From a virus (taxonomy: Duplodnaviria > Caudoviricetes): a DNA stretch of 30,274 nucleotides. The position numbers were made by a program, and so were the translations under genes. Every line of letters begins with the position of its first letter. Within the stretch, counting starts at the first letter, position 1. Positions 26,209 to 30,274 of this stretch are shown piece by piece. The notes below the pieces were generated by a model. It searched no databases, was not told where the DNA came from, and saw only the letters and a program-made list of their open reading frames with translations. The DNA is taken from positions 1 through 30,274 of IMG/VR virus record IMGVR_UViG_3300044300_000537, one strand, 5' to 3'.

Positions 26209-26210
26209 AG

Positions 26211-27101
26211 TTACGCAAACTCTTCCTCCTTTTTAGGATTATTAACTTCCGTATACCAAACCCATTTAGGATTCTTACCTTTTGATTGCTGTTGTGGTAA
26301 CAACTGCAATTTACTTCCCCAACAAGGAAGTTTGTATGGGCAGAACGAACACGCAAAGCCCAAAACTTTATTACCTGTAGGTTTACCTCTAAAAGTTTCT
26401 TCAATAGCATCGTAGTTTCTTTTAAATGGTACACCTTTTTGTAATGCTTTATAATTTTCTTCAGCTTTATTTATAGCTTCTTTTTTATATTCATTGTGTA
26501 ATGCTGGTGTTTCACAAACTGTCCACTCACCAGTAGATTTATTAATTGCTATCCATCCACCAAATTCTTTACCTTGACTTTCCCCATATAAAAATCCTTG
26601 TGATGCATAACCAAAGGTATCATCTTTAACAACTTCATTAAAGCCACCTTCTTCTCCGAACTTTTTTTCAAAAGAATATGGCGATGCACTTTTAATATCC
26701 CATACCTTTTTATTAATCTCAACATCTTGCCTACCTTCAATTCTGTTTTCTCCAAATTTATATACAACTTTTTTCTGTTCATTTTCTATATTTACTCCTG
26801 CTGATTTCATAACAAATAAAGCTAATGCTTCTATAAGATCACCAAATGTATTTCTCATTTTAACATTATAGGGTTGCCCTTCTCCCTTTATACCTTTAGC
26901 TTCCATCTGTAATTGACACAATGGTCTACCAACGTTAGACATTCTAACTTCAAACTTTGATCGTCTATCCTCAGTGAATTGCTTGAGTAAGGCGTTTTTA
27001 CACGCCTCACCAAACTCCTCCACAAGTTTTTTGTCTACTTGGGTAGGACCCTTTGATACGTTATCAAGATACTTCTGTACTTTAATAAGTATATCGTTCA
27101 T
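26211..27101 (-). CDS. PD-(D/E)xK exonuclease, Cas4/RecB-like with Fe-S-type Cys motif
   Basis: RMSNVGRPLC, GDLIE, GRQD...WDIKSAS, GYASQ and C-terminal CSFCPYKLPCW. Confidence 0.85.
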   Translation of the reverse strand: MNDILIKVQKYLDNVSKGPTQVDKKLVEEFGEACKNALLKQFTEDRRSKFEVRMSNVGRPLCQLQMEAKGIKGEGQPYNVKMRNTFGDLIEALALFVMKSAGVNIENEQKKVVYKFGENRIEGRQDVEINKKVWDIKSASPYSFEKKFGEEGGFNEVVKDDTFGYASQGFLYGESQGKEFGGWIAINKSTGEWTVCETPALHNEYKKEAINKAEENYKALQKGVPFKRNYDAIEETFRGKPTGNKVLGFACSFCPYKLPCWGSKLQLLPQQQSKGKNPKWVWYTEVNNPKKEEEFA

Positions 27102-27961
27102 TAACTAGCCAACACTTTTTCAGGTGATTCATCACTAAGATCTTTTACAATCTCAGCATCTACATTATCAGAATTATTTACTTTTTTAGTCTTTGCACTA
27201 TTATATAGTCCAGCAACTTCTAAGTTTTCTGCATCAATAGATTCTTGGAATACCTTTAAAGTATCCATATCAGTATCAGATAACTGTAAATTAGCATCAG
27301 CATTTACAGATATTTCGGGTACGTAAAATACATTACTACCTTTCTTCTGCCTTTTAGTATCAATGTTAAGTAAAGAATTAAACATAAGTTTTTTCCTTTT
27401 CTTTAATTGATCTAACGCAGCACTAACAGGTGAGAATGCTGTACCTGTAACTCTATAAAGCACGGGTAAGTTTTCTACACTGTGTTCTTTACCTTGTGCA
27501 GTTTTACCATTCTTAAATGATAACAAACCATACACAAGTTTATAACACCTGATAGTTCTTTGTTGTTCTTGCTGTTCAGGAGTAAGATTAGATCTTTCTT
27601 TAAAAGATATCTTACCACATCTTGTACCACCTAATATATCAATAGCTTCTTCTTTCCAGCTTTTAAATATAATAGATCTGTTTACATACTCACCTTTTAC
27701 AGCATCGTAATGCATATATTGCATTGCACTTATGAATGGTCTAAATGTAACTGGTTTACCAAAAACATTCTGACCTACATTTGAATCATAAGTATAGAAG
27801 TGACCTACTGGTAATTGATTACCATCGTCATCTTCAGGTGTTCGATTAATAGCTAATCTTGGTATGTTAGTACCTAAATTAGATCCATCATCTTGACCTA
27901 TTGCCTGCATGATTTGCTCATCAGACATTCCTTTTATATTTACTAAGTTATTATCAGACAT
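27101..27961 (-). CDS. Putative ssDNA-binding protein
   Basis: 286 aa between PolA and the exonuclease; IPRLAIN...FYVP beta-rich core with an acidic C-terminal region; GGAGG RBS; call rests mainly on synteny. Confidence 0.55.
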   Translation of the reverse strand: MSDNNLVNIKGMSDEQIMQAIGQDDGSNLGTNIPRLAINRTPEDDDGNQLPVGHFYTYDSNVGQNVFGKPVTFRPFISAMQYMHYDAVKGEYVNRSIIFKSWKEEAIDILGGTRCGKISFKERSNLTPEQQEQQRTIRCYKLVYGLLSFKNGKTAQGKEHSVENLPVLYRVTGTAFSPVSAALDQLKKRKKLMFNSLLNIDTKRQKKGSNVFYVPEISVNADANLQLSDTDMDTLKVFQESIDAENLEVAGLYNSAKTKKVNNSDNVDAEIVKDLSDESPEKVLAS

Positions 27962-27984
27962 TTGTCCTCCATTTTAGTTATTGA

Positions 27985-28013
27985 CTTATACCACATTTTT
28001 GAATAAAAGTCAA
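27985..28013 (-). promoter_or_regulatory. Sigma70-type promoter with extended -10
   Basis: Minus strand TTGACT, 17 bp spacer, TATAAG preceded by TGTGG; upstream of the putative SSB RBS. Confidence 0.7.
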
Positions 28014-28021
28014 GTCTTATT

Positions 28022-28099
28022 TTAAATATTATCAATTGAATCAAGTAATGAGCCAATTGCTATTATAACCACAATAAAAAGCATTATTTCCCCTAACAT
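28022..28099 (-). CDS. 25-aa single-TM peptide (not in the ORF track)
   Basis: MLGEIMLFIVVIIAIGSLLDSIDNI; GGAG upstream; overlaps the end of the upstream gene. Confidence 0.45.
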   Translation of the reverse strand: MLGEIMLFIVVIIAIGSLLDSIDNI

Positions 28100-28308
28100 A
28101 TTCTTGTATCTCCATTTATTACTTTTATTTCTAAACCATCAGCATTTGCAAAGTATTTAAACTCACTTAAGAACTCATGATTTTCGTGTATGTATAGAAC
28201 AGTAGGTTCAATCATACATCTATCTTTTAACTCTGTATATTCTAAATAAGCACCATAATCTGCATCATCGTATTCATCTAGAGTCTCAAGAGCTTCTACA
28301 TCTTTCAT
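28093..28308 (-). CDS. Acidic hypothetical protein (probable start MKDVE)
   Basis: GGAGG RBS; ATGA overlap with the PolA stop. Confidence 0.6.
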   Translation of the reverse strand: MKDVEALETLDEYDDADYGAYLEYTELKDRCMIEPTVLYIHENHEFLSEFKYFANADGLEIKVINGDTRIC

Positions 28309-29680
28309 ATTGCCTCCTTCATATCTAACCAATTATAACCGATCTTAAGATCCGTGTCAAGTGGAACATTAAAATCAATATTGTAATACGTTTTCAATGC
28401 AGGTATTACGTCTGCAGTTCCTTGTTTAAAAATATCAGCCATAACTCTATCTTCACCAGGATATACATCTGCTATTATAGAATCGTGTACTGTATTTACT
28501 AACAAACTTTTTACTTTCTTTTCTCTCATTAAATTATAAATATTTATACAAGCTAGGGGTACAATATCTGCTGTAGCAAAACCTTGAACAGGATAATTTT
28601 TTATCTGTGTTCCATATGTAGATCCACCCCAAGGAGTTCGTTCTGCATAAGGAAAAGAATACTCTCTACCTGTAGGTAGTTTAACTCTTTTAAATCTAAT
28701 AGCTTCACTTTGTAATTTATCGTGCCATTCTTTTATACCTTTATACTTCTCTAAAAATTTAGTGTAATATCTTTTTTCATCTTCAGTTCCTGTCACACCA
28801 CCATACAAAGGTTTAAATGTATGTGCCTTTGCATCTTGTCTAGATACACCAATAATATCTGCAGTGTATTGATGAACATCTATTTTATTTTTTATATCTT
28901 CCATACCTTGTTTATCCTGTGCAAGATACACAGCAGTTCTAAATTCTAATTGTGAAAAGTCTATCTCTAATATCTTACCATCTTTAAATCTAGATGTAAC
29001 TACTTTACGAATAGGAAATGTTTTACCTCTAGGTTGGTTTTGAAAGTTTGGATCTCTACTAGATAATCTACCTGTTGCAGTTATTGCCTGCATAAATTTA
29101 GGATGTAAAAAACCTTTTTCATTTGTAAAGTTTTTTAGTCCTTCAACAAATGTATTTAAATAAGTATCTACTGCATTGTGCCTAACGATTGCATCTATAA
29201 ATTGTTTAAACTCACCTTCAGCTTCACTAGCTATTTTAGTTAATGTAAGTCTATCAGTTCTAAATCCAGCTTCAGCTATATCATATACACTTCTAGGTCT
29301 TTGTTGAAACCCTGCAACTTTTGCCATTGGTCTATACAAATATCCATCACCTTCACACTCAGTACATTTTGTATAATTTTTGTATGGACTGCCATCTTTT
29401 TTTATTCTTTTAATAACACCTTTACCCCAGCAATGCATACATTGTTCTGCAGTTGTTCTATGTATTATCTCTGAATTTTCTGATACTAAATTTCTAAATT
29501 GTATTCTTGAAAACTGTGGTCGTCTTTTATTTTTACCTGTATTTTTATCTACACCAACATTAAATATTTTAGCCCAATGTTTTTTATCTTTAGGTTTTTT
29601 ACTATAGATTAACCAAGATAATTGCTCGGGACTTGATAGATTTATTTTAGTATCTCCCATTTGTTTATATACAATCTTAT
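28305..29680 (-). CDS. polA: Family A DNA polymerase, polymerase domain with DnaJ-like zinc finger (C-terminal part, after frameshift)
   Basis: TATGRLSSRDPNFQNQPR; motif A IDFSQLEFR; motif B RQDAKAHTFKPLYG; NYPVQG; motif C VHDS; CMHCWGKG...CTECEGDG. Confidence 0.93.
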
Positions 29681-30274
29681 CTAGAGGAATGCAAACTCTG
29701 CACGATATTCTCTTTCTACTTTACCTAGTTCATCTAGACTAACATTGATTCCATTTCTTTCCATATCAGATAGCACAACTAAAAATTCATTCATCATCTT
29801 TGCTGTCTTTAATAAGTGTTTGTTCTTTGGCATTTTAAAATCTGCCATTTGTGAATTAAATAAATCTCTTGTTATTTTGACATCCATCTTACCATACTCT
29901 TCTACTAAACCTACTGGTATGTTTTGAAAAGGTATACCCCTATCTGTAAATTCTTTTATACGACTATCTTTAGATCCTATTCGTCTTCTTCTGCAAGACA
30001 TTTCTAATGTTAAACTTTTTCTTATACCTCTGTTTAATATATATTCTCCAAGCATAGTATCATATACTCTACCATTATATTTAAATCCTGATTCTAATAA
30101 CCACATAAGATCAAATTTAATATTGTGTCCTATTAATAAAGTTGTCTTATCTAATACAGATTGTATATTATGGTAGCAACCTTTATCTATTCTTTCAGAA
30201 TGGTTTGTAAAATAATACTCATCATTTATTCCAACACTAACTAATATATTATCAGGATGAAATGGAGATGGATC
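29681..30274 (-). CDS. polA: Family A DNA polymerase, 3'-5' exonuclease part (N-terminal, truncated by the window edge)
   Basis: The frame is open from 30274; GHNIKFD (ExoII), YDTM, EEYGKMDV (ExoIII) and MERNG; ends at TAG 29683-29681. Confidence 0.9.
   Translation of the reverse strand, partial: DPSPFHPDNILVSVGINDEYYFTNHSERIDKGCYHNIQSVLDKTTLLIGHNIKFDLMWLLESGFKYNGRVYDTMLGEYILNRGIRKSLTLEMSCRRRRIGSKDSRIKEFTDRGIPFQNIPVGLVEEYGKMDVKITRDLFNSQMADFKMPKNKHLLKTAKMMNEFLVVLSDMERNGINVSLDELGKVEREYRAEFAFL

Noticed and set aside
25168-26782. Same-strand alternative-frame ORFs 25168..25353, 26150..26434 and 26549..26782
   Set aside because: Wholly or mostly inside the phosphoesterase and exonuclease genes, with no supporting signals.
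26211-27101. CRISPR-Cas system suggested by the Cas4-like nuclease
   Set aside because: No repeat-spacer array or other cas genes; such nucleases are ordinary phage replication genes.
29681-29683. TAG readthrough or alternative genetic code explaining the polA break
   Set aside because: The downstream polymerase is in a different frame, and TAG is a normal stop elsewhere (e.g. genes ending 2467, 6560, 8712).
29660-29700. Intron or intein in polA
   Set aside because: There is no intervening sequence; the two coding parts abut.
1-30274. tRNA, rRNA, integrase/attP or phage RNA polymerase
   Set aside because: None recognisable; intergenic gaps are too short and are explained by promoters, terminators or small ORFs.

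Overview
An AT-rich 30 kb segment of a marine podovirus genome. The family A DNA polymerase carries a DnaJ-type CxxCxGxG zinc-finger insertion, the hallmark of HMO-2011-type phages. The AT richness and tail-gene style suggest a SAR11/Pelagibacter host (inference). The + strand (1-23557) is the late region: tail fibre, adaptor and chaperone genes, including a four-copy paralog array; internal virion proteins, including a 1427-aa LPD38-like protein; a lysis cassette (T7-type amidase and holin-like genes); a block of secreted/membrane proteins; five tiny, very basic proteins; and a GH73-like glucosaminidase. The - strand (23609-30274) is the replication region: PolA broken by a frameshift, a putative SSB, a Cas4-like PD-(D/E)xK nuclease, a metallophosphoesterase, a DUF3310/gp1.7-like protein and small ORFs. 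The two arms meet at a pair of intrinsic terminators. Nine plausible ORFs of under 60 aa, absent from the ORF track, were read by hand. The most interesting items are a small protein ending in an SSB C-terminal mimic (FDYDDIPF), an amphipathic 25-aa peptide hidden in the lysis cassette, the translationally coupled basic mini-protein cluster, the secreted-protein module, the PolA frameshift and a shared, partly palindromic sigma70 promoter motif. All family assignments are from motif recognition; no database search was run.
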